A stretch of DNA of 64,000 nucleotides, from positions 83,365 through 147,364 of the forward strand of contig CAVRJG010000045.1 in the NCBI GenBank assembly GCA_963721455.1. The letters are read 5' to 3'. Shown here in pieces: positions 1 to 10,294 of the stretch (position 1 is the first letter of the stretch; each line of letters starts with the position of its first letter). Under the pieces are notes generated by a model. It was not told the DNA's origin, searched no databases, and saw only the letters and a program-made list of their open reading frames with translations. The DNA comes from an uncultured Methanosarcinaceae archaeon (GTDB taxonomy: Archaea; Halobacteriota; Methanosarcinia; Methanosarcinales; Methanosarcinaceae). The position numbers were made by a program, and so were the translations under genes.

Positions 1-314
1 AGAAGATGCTGAGGAATTCCACTGAGGTCATGTTCGATCCAGTAATTATCTCGTTCGAGCAAAGTAAGAACGTTGACAAGGGATTGAGCTTTTTTAAAGA
101 CCTGATTTCCCATATCTGTCAATTCGTAGCTGCCATTTTTGTGAATAACCAGGTCACTGTCTGTAAGCCTTTTGATCTGGGGCAAGATAGCCGTGGGAGA
201 AACATCAAGGAGGGTCTTAATTTCTTCCATTGTCCTTGGTTCCTCTCCCAGGAGTAAAAGGAGGTCTCTTCTTTTCGGGGAACGAAATACGACATCTATC
301 AACTCAGGTTGCAT
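1..314 (-). CDS. Msr-family (winged-helix/DUF1724) methanol-specific transcriptional regulator, N-terminal part; runs off the window edge
   Basis: Not in the ORF track. Manual minus-strand translation from ATG at 314 gives MQPELIDVVFRSPKRRDLLLLLGEEPRTMEEIKTLLDVSPTAILPQIKRL...NYWIEHDLSGIP. Same family as 36492..37280 and divergent from mtaCB, as known for msr genes. Confidence 0.85.
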   Translation of the reverse strand, partial: MQPELIDVVFRSPKRRDLLLLLGEEPRTMEEIKTLLDVSPTAILPQIKRLTDSDLVIHKNGSYELTDMGNQVFKKAQSLVNVLTLLERDNYWIEHDLSGIPQHL

Positions 315-899
315 TCAAAATCACTCCTATCGCGTTTTTCTGTAAATATAGAATATCTGCATCATGTGACACTAAAAAATCCGCACAAAGGGGAATGAAA
401 ATTCGAGTTCCGGTCTGTTCGTGTACGACCCGAATAGGAGGAAAAGTTTGTGCCATATATTGGAGATAGTCGATATGCCCATTTATATAAAAGAATTTGG
501 ATGAATAATTTCAAACGTAAGAGAATCTAGACAACATAATATAAAGAGTTTAGAAGAATTATCGAATTTCAATGAAAACGATATCACTGGCCAGAGTTTA
601 GAGTTGCCGACACTTTAACTGAGCAAATAAGCAAGATACGTAAAATTGAAAGAGTACATTACGAACATTGAAATTTTTGACAGGCTTTATCTGAATAATA
701 ATATTGTTTAAAAAAAGATCGAATGTTTCGAAGATATAAAGTTTAAAAAAAGTTGATAACTTTAGCTAATTTGCCTCAAAAATTTAAAGCTTGTTTATCA
801 GGAAAAAGAGAGCAAAAAATTTCTGAGCACGAAGTAGAGCAATCGCCCCAAAATTTCAGACCCCATATTGCCATGTAAAAACCATGAAAAAATTTCCGT

Positions 900-1216
900 C
901 GGTTATGGTATATGTGATGATTTCCCCTAATTATGCTGTGTAAGCGTGTCGGTATTACAGATACGCAAACCAATCAAAAAGGTAAAAGTTCCGGCGAAGA
1001 AGGAGAGATTCTTTCGCAGGTATATACCAGGGAAAAATCCGGAGATCGAATCCGATAAATACGGATGCGCTGCGGTCTTTCCAGGGCTGAACACCACCGA
1101 AAGAAAAAGCTTCACGGAGGTAAAGCCGGAACCTCACGATGCCGAATATGTCCGGGAATGCAGACCTGGAACGGTGACGACCTTTTTGCCAAAAACTAAA
1201 ACGGAGGTTTATAAAT
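900..1216 (+). promoter_or_regulatory. Probable mtaCB promoter (TATA-like gtatatg ~908-914) and long 5' untranslated leader
   Basis: TATA-like element ~300 nt before the mtaC ATG; GC-richer leader; GGAGG RBS at ~1203. Long regulatory leaders are established for Methanosarcina mtaCB operons. Confidence 0.5.
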
Positions 1217-1993
1217 ATGTTGGACTTTACAGAGGCAAGTCTGAAAAAGGTATTAACCAGGTACAATGTGGCTCTGGAAAAGGCGATGACGCCTGAAGAT
1301 GCCGCAGAAGAGATCTATCCTAAAGACGAATTAATTTACCCGATTGCAAAAGCTATCTTCGAAGGAGAAGAAGATGACGTTATCGAGGGTCTCCAGGCAG
1401 CAATGGATGCAGGCAAGGACCCGATTGCCCTTATCGACGATGCTCTCATGGTCGGTATGGGTGTTGTCACAAAGCTCTACGACGAAGGTGTCATTTTCCT
1501 GCCGAACGTCATGATGTCTGCTGATGCGATGCTGAACGGTATCGAGTTCTGTAAGGAAAACTCCGAAACTGCCCATGAAACCAAGGGAACCGTTGTCTGC
1601 CATGTTGCAGAAGGTGACGTCCACGACATCGGAAAGAACATCGTTACAGCTCTCCTCAGGGCAAACGGCTACGATGTAGTTGACCTGGGAAGGGACGTTC
1701 CTGTGGACGAAGTTATTGCAGCAGTTATTGCAAACAAGCCCCTCATGGTCACAGGTACTGCACTCATGACCACCACCATGTATGCATTCAAGGAAGTTAA
1801 TGACAAGCTCCTCGAAAAGGGAATAAAGATCCCATTCGCATGCGGTGGCGGCGCAGTTAACCAGGACTTCGTGTCCCAGTATGCACTCGGTGTGTACGGT
1901 GAAGAAGCCGCTGACGCCCCCAAGATTGCTGACGCAATCGTTGCAGGTACCACAGATATCGCAGCATTAAGAGAGAAATTCCACAAGCACTGA
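1217..1993 (+). CDS. mtaC: Methanol corrinoid protein MtaC (probably isozyme 1)
   Basis: MLDFTEASLKKVLTRYNVALEK N-terminus; B12-binding motif EGDVHDIGKNIV; directly upstream of mtaB. Confidence 0.97.
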   Translation: MLDFTEASLKKVLTRYNVALEKAMTPEDAAEEIYPKDELIYPIAKAIFEGEEDDVIEGLQAAMDAGKDPIALIDDALMVGMGVVTKLYDEGVIFLPNVMMSADAMLNGIEFCKENSETAHETKGTVVCHVAEGDVHDIGKNIVTALLRANGYDVVDLGRDVPVDEVIAAVIANKPLMVTGTALMTTTMYAFKEVNDKLLEKGIKIPFACGGGAVNQDFVSQYALGVYGEEAADAPKIADAIVAGTTDIAALREKFHKH

Positions 1994-2003
1994 GGTGAAA
2001 AAA

Positions 2004-3389
2004 ATGGCAGCAAAAAGATACACTTCAATGGCATACGCAAGCGCAGACGAGATGACTTTCGGCGTATCCAAGCACCCGGTAAAGGCAGGCCTTGGCCTCG
2101 AGATCGGTGCAGGCTACACAATTCCTGAAGTTAACTACGCCCCGAGACCTGAAGCCGGTGCATCCAAGGAAAAACTCGTAAAGGAATACGAGAGGATCAC
2201 CACTGACATTATGGCAAGAATGGTCCAGGTTGGTTTCCCAGCAGTTATCCTCGAAACCGAACACGTTCAGCAGATGTCCAACAACCCCTCCTGGGGAGCA
2301 GAAGTCGCACACGCCCAGAAAACCATCATGGAAGAATACCACGATGAATACGGCATAAAGTGCGCACTCCGCCACACAATCGGCGACATCCGTGAGAACA
2401 GGGACTTCCTCCAGCTCAGAGGAGACAAATACTCGGTCTTCCTCGAAGCCTTCGAAGAGTGTGCAAAGGCCGGTGCTGACCTGCTTTCAGTAGAGAGCAT
2501 GGGTGGTAAGGAAGTATTCGACTACGCAGTTCTCAGGAACGATATCGCTGGTATGCTCTATTCAATCGGCTGTCTCGGCTCCATTGACATGGAAATGATC
2601 TGGTCCGATATTGCAGCAATTGCACAGAAGACCGGCACTGTTGCAGCTGGTGACACCGACTGCGCCCAGGCAAACACCGCAATGTTCATCGGCGGCGGAC
2701 TGCTCGACAAGAACCTCGCCCACACCCTCGCAATTCTCGCAAGAGCAATTTCCGCCCCAAGGTCCCTTGTTGCATACGAAGCCGGTGCAAAAGGCCCGGG
2801 TAAGGACTGCGGATATGAAAACATCATCATCAAAGCCATCACCGGTATGCCGATGACCCAGGAAGGTAAGACCTCCACCTGCGCCCACTCTGATGTAATG
2901 GGTAACCTTATTATGCAGTGCTGTGACTGCTGGTCCAACGAATCTGTTGAGTACCACGGTGAATTCGGCGGCACAACTGTTCAGTGCTGGTCCGAGACTC
3001 TTGCATATGACTGCGCCCTCATGAACACCGCTCTTGAAACCAAGAACGAAAAAGTTCTCAGGGACCTTCTCATGCTCTCCGACAGGTACAGAGACCCCCA
3101 GTCCTACGTGCTTGCATACGACAATGCATACAGAGTCGGCCAGGCAATTGTCAAGGACGGAGACAACATCTACCTCAGGGCAAAGAACGCTGCAGTCGAA
3201 TGCTGCGATATCGTCAGTGAAGGTGCAGCTGGCAAGCTCGCGCTCTCCAGGTTCGAAACCAAGGCTCTCGCAGACGCAAAGGCAACCCTTGATGCTCTTC
3301 CAGAAGATATGGACAGGTTCATGGACGACTGCCTCACAAAATACAAGAGTGAAGTTAAAGTCTTCCTGCCGGAGAACTACGGCTTCTAA
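2004..3389 (+). CDS. mtaB: Methanol:corrinoid methyltransferase MtaB
   Basis: MAAKRYTSMAYASADEM start at ATG 2004 after GAGGTG; LLSVESMGGKE, GDTDCAQANTA and GKDCGYE motifs. Confidence 0.97.
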   Translation: MAAKRYTSMAYASADEMTFGVSKHPVKAGLGLEIGAGYTIPEVNYAPRPEAGASKEKLVKEYERITTDIMARMVQVGFPAVILETEHVQQMSNNPSWGAEVAHAQKTIMEEYHDEYGIKCALRHTIGDIRENRDFLQLRGDKYSVFLEAFEECAKAGADLLSVESMGGKEVFDYAVLRNDIAGMLYSIGCLGSIDMEMIWSDIAAIAQKTGTVAAGDTDCAQANTAMFIGGGLLDKNLAHTLAILARAISAPRSLVAYEAGAKGPGKDCGYENIIIKAITGMPMTQEGKTSTCAHSDVMGNLIMQCCDCWSNESVEYHGEFGGTTVQCWSETLAYDCALMNTALETKNEKVLRDLLMLSDRYRDPQSYVLAYDNAYRVGQAIVKDGDNIYLRAKNAAVECCDIVSEGAAGKLALSRFETKALADAKATLDALPEDMDRFMDDCLTKYKSEVKVFLPENYGF

Positions 3390-3425
3390 GCCGAACCCTC
3401 CGGTTCCCTTTTTCTTTTTTAAAAC
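3390..3425 (+). terminator. Hairpin plus oligo-T terminator of mtaCB
   Basis: gaacc-ctcc-ggttc stem followed by cctttttctttttt right after the stop. Confidence 0.6.
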
Positions 3426-3660
3426 TAATTTTAATTCTGCACATTTCTGCAAGCTTCTCGCCGTTTGACCCTTGATTTTTTCACGGTTTTGCCGCCCTGT
3501 GCTTCTTTGCGGCCCCTGTACTTCTTAAGATAGCTCTGCACGTAAATACTTGCACCTTAATTCATTCTGGCCTTATAATCACGAAGGCAGGAAAAATTCA
3601 TTCCATATTATAGAATCACGGAAAACAATTACAGCCCTGAGAAAATTGTAACTTTGTAAG

Positions 3661-3770
3661 TTAGCCCTCTTGAGCGAAGCGAAATATAAATTCCTCTAAA
3701 TTAGTCCTCTTGAGCGAAGCGAAAAGGACATCGTGCTCCCGAAGCGAAACTCGGGAAGCGAAACTCGGGA
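3661..3770. repeat. Modular hairpin repeat family, copy A
   Basis: ttagtcctcttgagcgaagcgaaaaggac...ctcccgaagcgaaactcgggaagcgaaactcggga; related copies at 17375 and 53788. Confidence 0.85.
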
Positions 3771-3894
3771 TCGAAAAAAGAAGGAATAAAATCTGGAAAA
3801 TAGAATATATTTTCAGAGCATAAGAACAATACTTAATGAAATAATTACATAGAAAAAAGAAAAACATATATACATGAGAAGAGTATCGATAAAT

Positions 3895-4171
3895 CCTACT
3901 TTCGGCAGGTCGACGTTTAATTTTTGATAATTTTACTGATGGCGATTTTGAAATAATGCTCCTTACTTGTGTGTAATTGATAGGTTTACATATGACCAAT
4001 TATTAATTTCTCATACTAAACTTTAATGAAAAAATGATTTAGTATTTATATATGCTGTGGGAGTTGAGCCACCTGTTAACCAGCTTTAAACCTAATCTAT
4101 AGTTAGTGAATGTTCAAAAACGGCATCAAGAAAAATATTCTAATTTTTAATGTCGACCTGCCGAAAGTAGG
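3895..4171. mobile_element. 277-bp MITE with 20-bp perfect terminal inverted repeats and 6-bp target duplication (possibly IS1634-derived)
   Basis: cctactttcggcaggtcgac (3895-3914) and gtcgacctgccgaaagtagg (4152-4171); ataaat on both sides (3889-3894, 4172-4177); no ORF inside. Confidence 0.9.
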
Positions 4172-4362
4172 ATAAATAGTAGCGTGGGACCAAAAAAATA
4201 CATAAACAGACCAAAAAAGCATACGGACAGACCAAAAAAGCGTGCCATCAATGAGGAGTTTATATAACTCTCCCATGTTACTTCCTTTCCAATTTTATTT
4301 TTGCCTCCGCGTATTTTGGCTATTTTTCGAACTATTCAGGTTGTTTTAGAGAAGAAAAAAGT

Positions 4363-4524
4363 ATAGCGAAGCCTGAAGTTGTCCTGGAATGTATCAGGGA
4401 AGTCCTGGAAGAAGCGAAATACAGGAATAAAACAGAAAGGTTGCGCAGGCTTGCAAGAGAACTGGACGGACCTAAAGCCGTAAGAGAAATGCTTGAAAAA
4501 GAATTCAGGAAAAAGGATTCCTGA
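4363..4524 (+). pseudogene. 3' remnant of a GT-B glycosyltransferase-like gene
   Basis: Start-less frame IAKPEVVLECIREVLEEAKYRNKTERLRRLARELDGPKAVREMLEKEFRKKDS*, resembling the C-terminal helices of UDP-glycosyltransferases. Confidence 0.5.
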
Positions 4525-4581
4525 AAAACATCTCTACGTCCCTGCATGTTGGGCTGAGTGAAGAGAGCAATCAGGAAAAAC

Positions 4582-4641
4582 GTGAACAACTCCTCCCTAA
4601 ATTCTTCGCCTTAAGGCTCAGGATTTTGAGGAATGTGGCTT
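4582..4641 (-). mobile_element. Degenerate IS200/IS605-type end (hairpin)
   Basis: gtgaacaactcctccctaaattctt...aggattttgaggaatgtggctt, a variant of the gtgaactaccc end seen at 14506, 43775 and 54712. Confidence 0.55.
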
Positions 4642-4661
4642 TATGGATTATTGATATAAGT

Positions 4662-5306
4662 TTACTCAGGCAAAAGACTCTTCAGATAATCGAGAAGTGC
4701 AGCATGATTTTCGAACACAAGATCCGCATGCTGCACCTTCTCAGGTTCAAGCATGCTTGCAACCGCAATACAGTAAAGCCCGGCTCTTCTGGCAGCCGTG
4801 ATACCCAGAGGGGCGTTTTCAATTACAATGCACTCGTTCTCTGCCAGGTCAAGTTTCTCAAGCGCTTTAAGGTATGGATCAGGATCAGGTTTTCCGCGCT
4901 CCAGGTCGCCCCCGGCAATAATAACCTCGAAGCAGCCTGAAAAAAAATTATTGACAATTTTTTCAACTACATTGCGGTTCGACCCGGAAACCATAGCAAG
5001 CCTGAAATGCCGTTTTAATTGCTTGAGGCAGTCCAGAATACCTTCAAAAGGTTTTATCCGATCAAACTCAAGAGCTTCGCGTTTCTTTTCAGGTAGCTGC
5101 TCGAAGTGCCAGGGCTCAGGCTCTTTTCCGGCATTCTCGAAGATCGATTTAATTAGCCTTTTGTCGTTTGAGCCTTCAAGCTCGTAAATATCTTCCCTGC
5201 TGACGGTAATACCTGTTTCCTGAAAGGTTTTAACCCATGCTTCGGCCTGAAAACGCATGGAGTCTACAAGAACCCCATCAACATCAAACATAATTGCTTT
5301 TAACAT
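4662..5306 (-). CDS. HAD-superfamily phosphatase (beta-PGM-like)
   Basis: FDVDGVLVDS motif I, GKPDPDPY and IVIENAPLG motifs. Confidence 0.9.
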   Translation of the reverse strand: MLKAIMFDVDGVLVDSMRFQAEAWVKTFQETGITVSREDIYELEGSNDKRLIKSIFENAGKEPEPWHFEQLPEKKREALEFDRIKPFEGILDCLKQLKRHFRLAMVSGSNRNVVEKIVNNFFSGCFEVIIAGGDLERGKPDPDPYLKALEKLDLAENECIVIENAPLGITAARRAGLYCIAVASMLEPEKVQHADLVFENHAALLDYLKSLLPE

Positions 5307-5429
5307 ATATTCAATAGATTGTTATAATCTATAATAAATATTATGAAAATCAAAGTTCATGAAAATTTCTATATAGAGAGGTATCGGGTTTTATCGAGAG
5401 CCAGAGTAATTTTTCTTCACTGGCTTTTT

Positions 5430-5618
5430 TCATTTGAGATACTTATCGTACAGAAGTCCCCCCAGCCAGTACCCGAGTAAGGCAAAAATGAGAGTGCCTG
5501 GAGCGTAGATAGGGAGGTCTGATCCCCGGACCGGAAATAATAGATTGAAAAACAAAAGGTAGGAGATCAAGAAGATTAAAAATCCGATTACCTCAACCTG
5601 ATTTTTTGCTAGTTTCAA
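5430..5618 (-). CDS. Small two-helix membrane protein
   Basis: 62 aa, two hydrophobic segments, AGGT RBS before TTG. Confidence 0.6.
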   Translation of the reverse strand: MKLAKNQVEVIGFLIFLISYLLFFNLLFPVRGSDLPIYAPGTLIFALLGYWLGGLLYDKYLK

Positions 5619-5698
5619 GTTTTACCTGAGCCCCCTTTTCCCAACCCATAAAATCCCCGAATTTCAGAAGTTCGGCTTATGACGGCGGGTTTCACTTT

Positions 5699-6145
5699 TT
5701 ACTCTTCCTTCTTTCCTTCTTCGCCTTTCTCGTCCTCTTCCCCTTCTTTCTTGAAATTAAGAGAAACGGAATTAATGCAGTAGCGCTTCCCGGTTGGCTC
5801 AGGCCCGTCTTCAAAGACATGCCCCAGATGGCTTCCGCAGCGGGAACAGACTATTTCGATCCTGTTCATGAAATAACTGTTGTCTTCTTTGAGCCTGACC
5901 CTGTCACTGGAAACCACATCATAGAAACTTGGCCAGCCGGTTCCGGACTCGAATTTGGTATCGGAAGAAAAGAGTTCCTGCCCGCAGGCAGCACAGGTAT
6001 AAACTCCTTTTTCCTTGTTATAGTACAGGTTGCCGGAAAAGGGCTTTTCCGTACCTTTCTGCCGCAGGACCTGATATTGTTCAGGAGTGAGTACTTTTTT
6101 CCATTCTTCTTCGGATTTTTCAATCGTGTTCTGTGCCAGTCGCAA
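5699..6145 (-). CDS. msrB: Peptide-methionine (R)-S-oxide reductase
   Basis: [34 protein letters not shown] and RYCINS motifs. Confidence 0.95.
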   Translation of the reverse strand: MRLAQNTIEKSEEEWKKVLTPEQYQVLRQKGTEKPFSGNLYYNKEKGVYTCAACGQELFSSDTKFESGTGWPSFYDVVSSDRVRLKEDNSYFMNRIEIVCSRCGSHLGHVFEDGPEPTGKRYCINSVSLNFKKEGEEDEKGEEGKKEE

Positions 6146-6346
6146 ACCCCCTTTGTGTATGTAAGTTAGTTGTTTCGGAAATATTATTGTTTCTTCGAAT
6201 CAGGAAAACTGCTTGCAGAAAACGAAGTCGATGGTAAAAGTACGTATATGGAAAATAGAATTATAAAGTGAAGAGTATAATTATATAAAATAAATAAAAT
6301 TTAGCATAAATAATACCATGAATAAAACCTGTTAATTTGGGGTGGC

Positions 6347-6796
6347 ATGGAAGAAAATCCGGCGAGAGGAAAGGACCACAGCATAATAACAGCTGCCATT
6401 ATCTTTTTACTTCTTACGGCGGTCTTTATGGTTATCATTATTAAGCGGATTGATTTTGGGAAGTTTACGCTCCCATTTTATCTTATAGTAGCAGGAATGT
6501 TTTTCTTTGCCACGGCTATGGAAGCAGAAGGGAAAACAGGAGAATGGATTGCTTCCCTGGGCTGGACCCTTAACATGCTCAGCTTCGTCCTTTATTACCA
6601 GTATGCAACCGGAAACCAGGAAAGCTGGATCTACATCTGGCCGCTGGTTTTTCCTGTAGGAACAGGGTTGGGACAGCTGGGTTACGGAACGGTTAAAGCC
6701 AAAAAAGAATCCTTTGAGCGTGGAAAAGTTCTCATCCAGATAGGGTTTGGGCTATTTATCCTGATCCTGGTGCTTTTCAAGCTCTTTTTTCAGTAA
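6347..6796 (+). CDS. Hypothetical membrane protein
   Basis: 149 aa, about five hydrophobic helices. Confidence 0.7.
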   Translation: MEENPARGKDHSIITAAIIFLLLTAVFMVIIIKRIDFGKFTLPFYLIVAGMFFFATAMEAEGKTGEWIASLGWTLNMLSFVLYYQYATGNQESWIYIWPLVFPVGTGLGQLGYGTVKAKKESFERGKVLIQIGFGLFILILVLFKLFFQ

Positions 6797-7997
6797 AGTT
6801 ACTCTTTCGGGATTTACTCGTGCCTGAGTGAGTCAACAGGCTTCATTTTTGCGGCTTTCCTTGCCGGGTAGACCCCTGATACAAAACCTACCATAACAGC
6901 CACGAAGAATCCGGCTGCTATAAGGCTGAAAGGAAATACGACAGGCAGTTTGAGAAAGGTTTCAACGCCGTACGCACCGGCAATTCCTACTGTGCTTCCG
7001 AGGACGCCCCCGAAGACTCCGAGCAGGATTGACTCGACCATGAAAAGGAACAGGATATCAAAACCTGTAAAACCCAGGGACTTGAGCACTCCTATCTCCC
7101 TTGTCCTTTCTGTCACGCTTACAAGCATGATATTCATGATCCCTATCGAGCCGACAAGGAGAGAAATCAGGGCAACGGCTGTCAGAAAAGAACTGAGGGC
7201 TGCCGCCATCATATCAGTTTGTTTCAAAATCTCAGCCTGATTGATGAGGACATAAGGGCGCGACTCTTTATCTGCAAGTTCCCTTTCGGAAATCCCGAAG
7301 CTTCGGGCAAGGCGCTCGTCTACTTCGTCTGAGGTCTCCTGAACTGTCACAGGGTCTTCAGCCATTGCAAAAACACCCCCATAGTCCTTTTCGCCAAGAA
7401 TCTCGTTCATGACATCGATAGGGATCAGGACAGCCTCATTATCGTCGTAAGCCTGGACAACGGTATTTTCCGGGTTCTGGATTATTGCCTTAACCTTGAA
7501 GGTCTTTGTAACTTTTTCTTCTTCTCCGACCCTGAAGGTTATGTTTATGGAGTTCCGGACCGAAATATTCCGGCCGAACTTCTCATTTGCAACCTTGTGG
7601 CCTATAACCGCCACGTACCCGTCATTGTCATTAATAAAGGTCCCCTTCTGAAGTTTTGTATTTGCCACCTCATCGTAGGCTTCTCCGATCCCGCTTACCA
7701 TAATATTTTTGGTTTCGGACATGTACGTAACTTCTGCACTTTGCGTTTTTAAAGGAGAAATCCCCAGAACCCCTGGTGTATTTTCAACGGTCTTCAGCTC
7801 ATTGTCGTAAAAAAGCTTTGGCTGCATCCCCTGGATAAAAATGAAATTCGACCCGAGATTGGTTACCTCATTCGTAAAGTGCTGGTTGAAACTTGCCCCA
7901 AGGGACACATTCGCAATCACAGCTGCGACCCCTATGACGATTCCAAGCACTGTAAGGGTTGAACGCAGCTTTGCACTTTTAATGCTTCCAAGCGCTA

Positions 7998-9252
7998 GTG
8001 CATCGATTCCATACTTCTTGAATAAAAATTAATATAATACTTTAATTATAATAATATTTATGGGTCGTATAAGCCGCCGTTCCAAGTTATCACTTACTAG
8101 AGAAGAAGAAGATTACTTGATTAAGTTAAGTAATTCCAGAAGTCAATCAGCAAGCCTTGTTGAACGAGCTAAAATTGTGCTTTTAAGTGTTCAGGGAATA
8201 AACGATACTGAAATCTCTCTGGAATTAAACGTTGCTTACAATACCGTAAGAACTCGAATACAAAGAGTTTTGGATTTTGGAGTTAGAGAAAGCCTGAAGG
8301 ACAAAAAAGGAGGTGGAAGACCAAGAACTATTACAGACGAATCTCGTGCATGGATGATCAAGATTGCATGTATGAAACCAAAAGATTTTGGGTATCCACA
8401 TGAAATATGGACACAGAGACTCTTAACTAAATATGTGCAGAAAAACTGTGTCAAGGAAGGACATCCTGAATTATCAAAGATAAGTCAGGGAACGATTTCA
8501 AAAATCTTGAACGCAAGTAGCATAAAACCACATAAAATCAAGTATTACACCGCCAAAGTGGACCCAGATTTTGATGAAAAGGCAACGAAAGTTTTGGGCA
8601 CATATAAAGAAGTTAAAAAACTAAAAAAAAAATTAAAAAAAAGAAAACGTTAGATAGAGCAATATTTTCATGTGATGAAAAAACAGGTATTCAAGCTATT
8701 GGGAATAAGTATCCAGATCTGATGCCAGTAGAAGGAAAATATCCTAAGATGGCAAGGGATCATGAGTATATTAGACATGGTACTCTTTCATTATTTGCTT
8801 GTACTGATCTGATTACTGGGAAAGTTCATCACAAAGTTTTTGAAAAAAATAGAAGTCGTGAGTTTATTGAGATTTTGAAAGAAATAATTTCAGATTACCA
8901 GGATACAAAAATAGTCGTGATTCTTGATAACTACATAATACACATATCAGAAGAAACTAAAAAATATCTAAGTACCTTGGAAAAGGGAAAGTTAAAGTTC
9001 GTATTCACACCAATACATGGAAGCTGGTTGAATATTATTGAAAGTTTCTTCAGCAAAATGATTAGAAGCTTTTTAAGGGCAATAAGAGTAGAATCTGTAG
9101 AGGAATTGAAGGATAGGATTGCTCAATACATAAATTTACTCAATGAGGAACCTGTGATATTTATGTGGAAATATAAAGTTGAAGAAAAAGATAAGATTCC
9201 TGGTGGAATTGCGATATGAAAAAAATATGCAATTAATTTGGAATCGATGCAC
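7998..9252 (+). mobile_element. IS630-family insertion sequence (~1255 bp)
   Basis: Inverted ends gtgcatcgattcca / tggaatcgatgcac, TA duplicated at 7996-7997 and 9253-9254, low GC, transposase inside. Confidence 0.93.
8060..9219 (+). CDS. IS630 transposase in two frames (HTH 8060..8653; DDE part in the -1 frame to 9219)
   Basis: HTH part with RAKIVLL and GGGRPRTI; the -1 frame reads FSCDEKTGIQA...VILDNY...GSWLNIIESFFS; A10 run at 8623-8632 at the junction. Confidence 0.88.
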
Positions 9253-9670
9253 TAGTTTTCCTGCACTGAAAAAGGGGATCATGGCTGAAGACTCCGTTTT
9301 ACAGATTTTATGGGGGAAGGATAAAATTAAGAATTAAGATGAAAACTGATTTCCCTTAAACTTTCTTTAAATGAATACATCAAACATATAAATTCTGCTA
9401 AAGAGGAGAATATCGCTCCTGAGTAAAGAAGAACCTTTCCACGATTTAAATTGGAAATTTCTTGTTGCAGAATAGAAATATTCATATTTAACCGAAGTAA
9501 ACGATCTGGCCTTCGGGCAGCCTGCTGAAGGAAAACTCGTTGAAAACCTCAGGAAAAACCCGAAATTTATCCCTGAACTTTCGCTTGTAGCTGAAGTTGG
9601 TGGGAAAAATAGCTGGTCATATTCTATTTTTCCCTGTAATAATCAAACCAGCGGCAGGAAAGAAAGAAAT

Positions 9671-10294
9671 TCAGAGAGAAATAGTCAGGCTTGACTCGGC
9701 TCTTCTGAACTCAGGACCGGGAAGATTAGAAGTCGAGATCAATTTCCCGAAATCCCTTGCTTTTTCCAGAAGCTGGGGCCTGAAGGAAACTTCAAGCTTA
9801 TCCGTGCCTGCTGCAATGACCGTATCCAGGATATCAAAGCCCAGATAGTAGAGAATGCCTGCTGTATATTCAAAATACGGTTTGAAGGCATCCCTGTCCG
9901 AGCTGCCCTGGGAAAAGACAAGAATCAATTTTTTATTATCAAGTCTGCTCGAAAAATTGGGCTTTAAGAAGGCTGTCAGGCGGTCAACAAATATTTTAGT
10001 TTGGGCAGTCATCTGCCACATGTAGACAGGAGAGCCGAGTACAACAGTGTCTGCAGTCTGGATTTCCTGATAAAGTTTTTGCATATCATCGTCTATAATA
10101 CAGCAGCCTGATTCCTGGCACCTCAGGCAGGCATCACAGCCTTTAATATTTAGAGAAGCCAGATTGTAAATAACTTTATCTGCGCCGTTTTCAGCAGCTC
10201 CGTCAAGAATAGCGTTCACAAGCTTCGCAGTGTTTCCGTTAATATTAGGACTACCCACCAATCCAAGAATTTTAATGCTAGAACCCCCGTTCAA
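9671..10294 (-). CDS. Flavodoxin/iron-sulfur flavoprotein family protein
   Basis: GSPNINGNT, CDACLRCQESGCC and LGSPVY motifs. Confidence 0.88.
   Translation of the reverse strand: MNGGSSIKILGLVGSPNINGNTAKLVNAILDGAAENGADKVIYNLASLNIKGCDACLRCQESGCCIIDDDMQKLYQEIQTADTVVLGSPVYMWQMTAQTKIFVDRLTAFLKPNFSSRLDNKKLILVFSQGSSDRDAFKPYFEYTAGILYYLGFDILDTVIAAGTDKLEVSFRPQLLEKARDFGKLISTSNLPGPEFRRAESSLTISL

Larger units (their letters stand above)
6814..9282 (-). pseudogene. MacB/FtsX-family ABC permease interrupted after codon 10 by IS630
   Basis: Removing 7998..9252 plus one TA restores MIPFFSAGKL-ALGSIKSAKLRSTLTVLGIVIGV; C-terminal IGIMNIMLVSVTERTREIG and YPARKAA motifs. Confidence 0.9.

Noticed and set aside
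946-1296. 116-aa plus-strand ORF overlapping mtaC
   Set aside because: Lies in the presumed leader, overlaps mtaC out of frame and has no recognisable motif.
2025-3468. Long antisense and alternate-frame ORFs over mtaB (and likewise over fmd genes)
   Set aside because: Shadow ORFs produced by strong codon bias in highly expressed genes.
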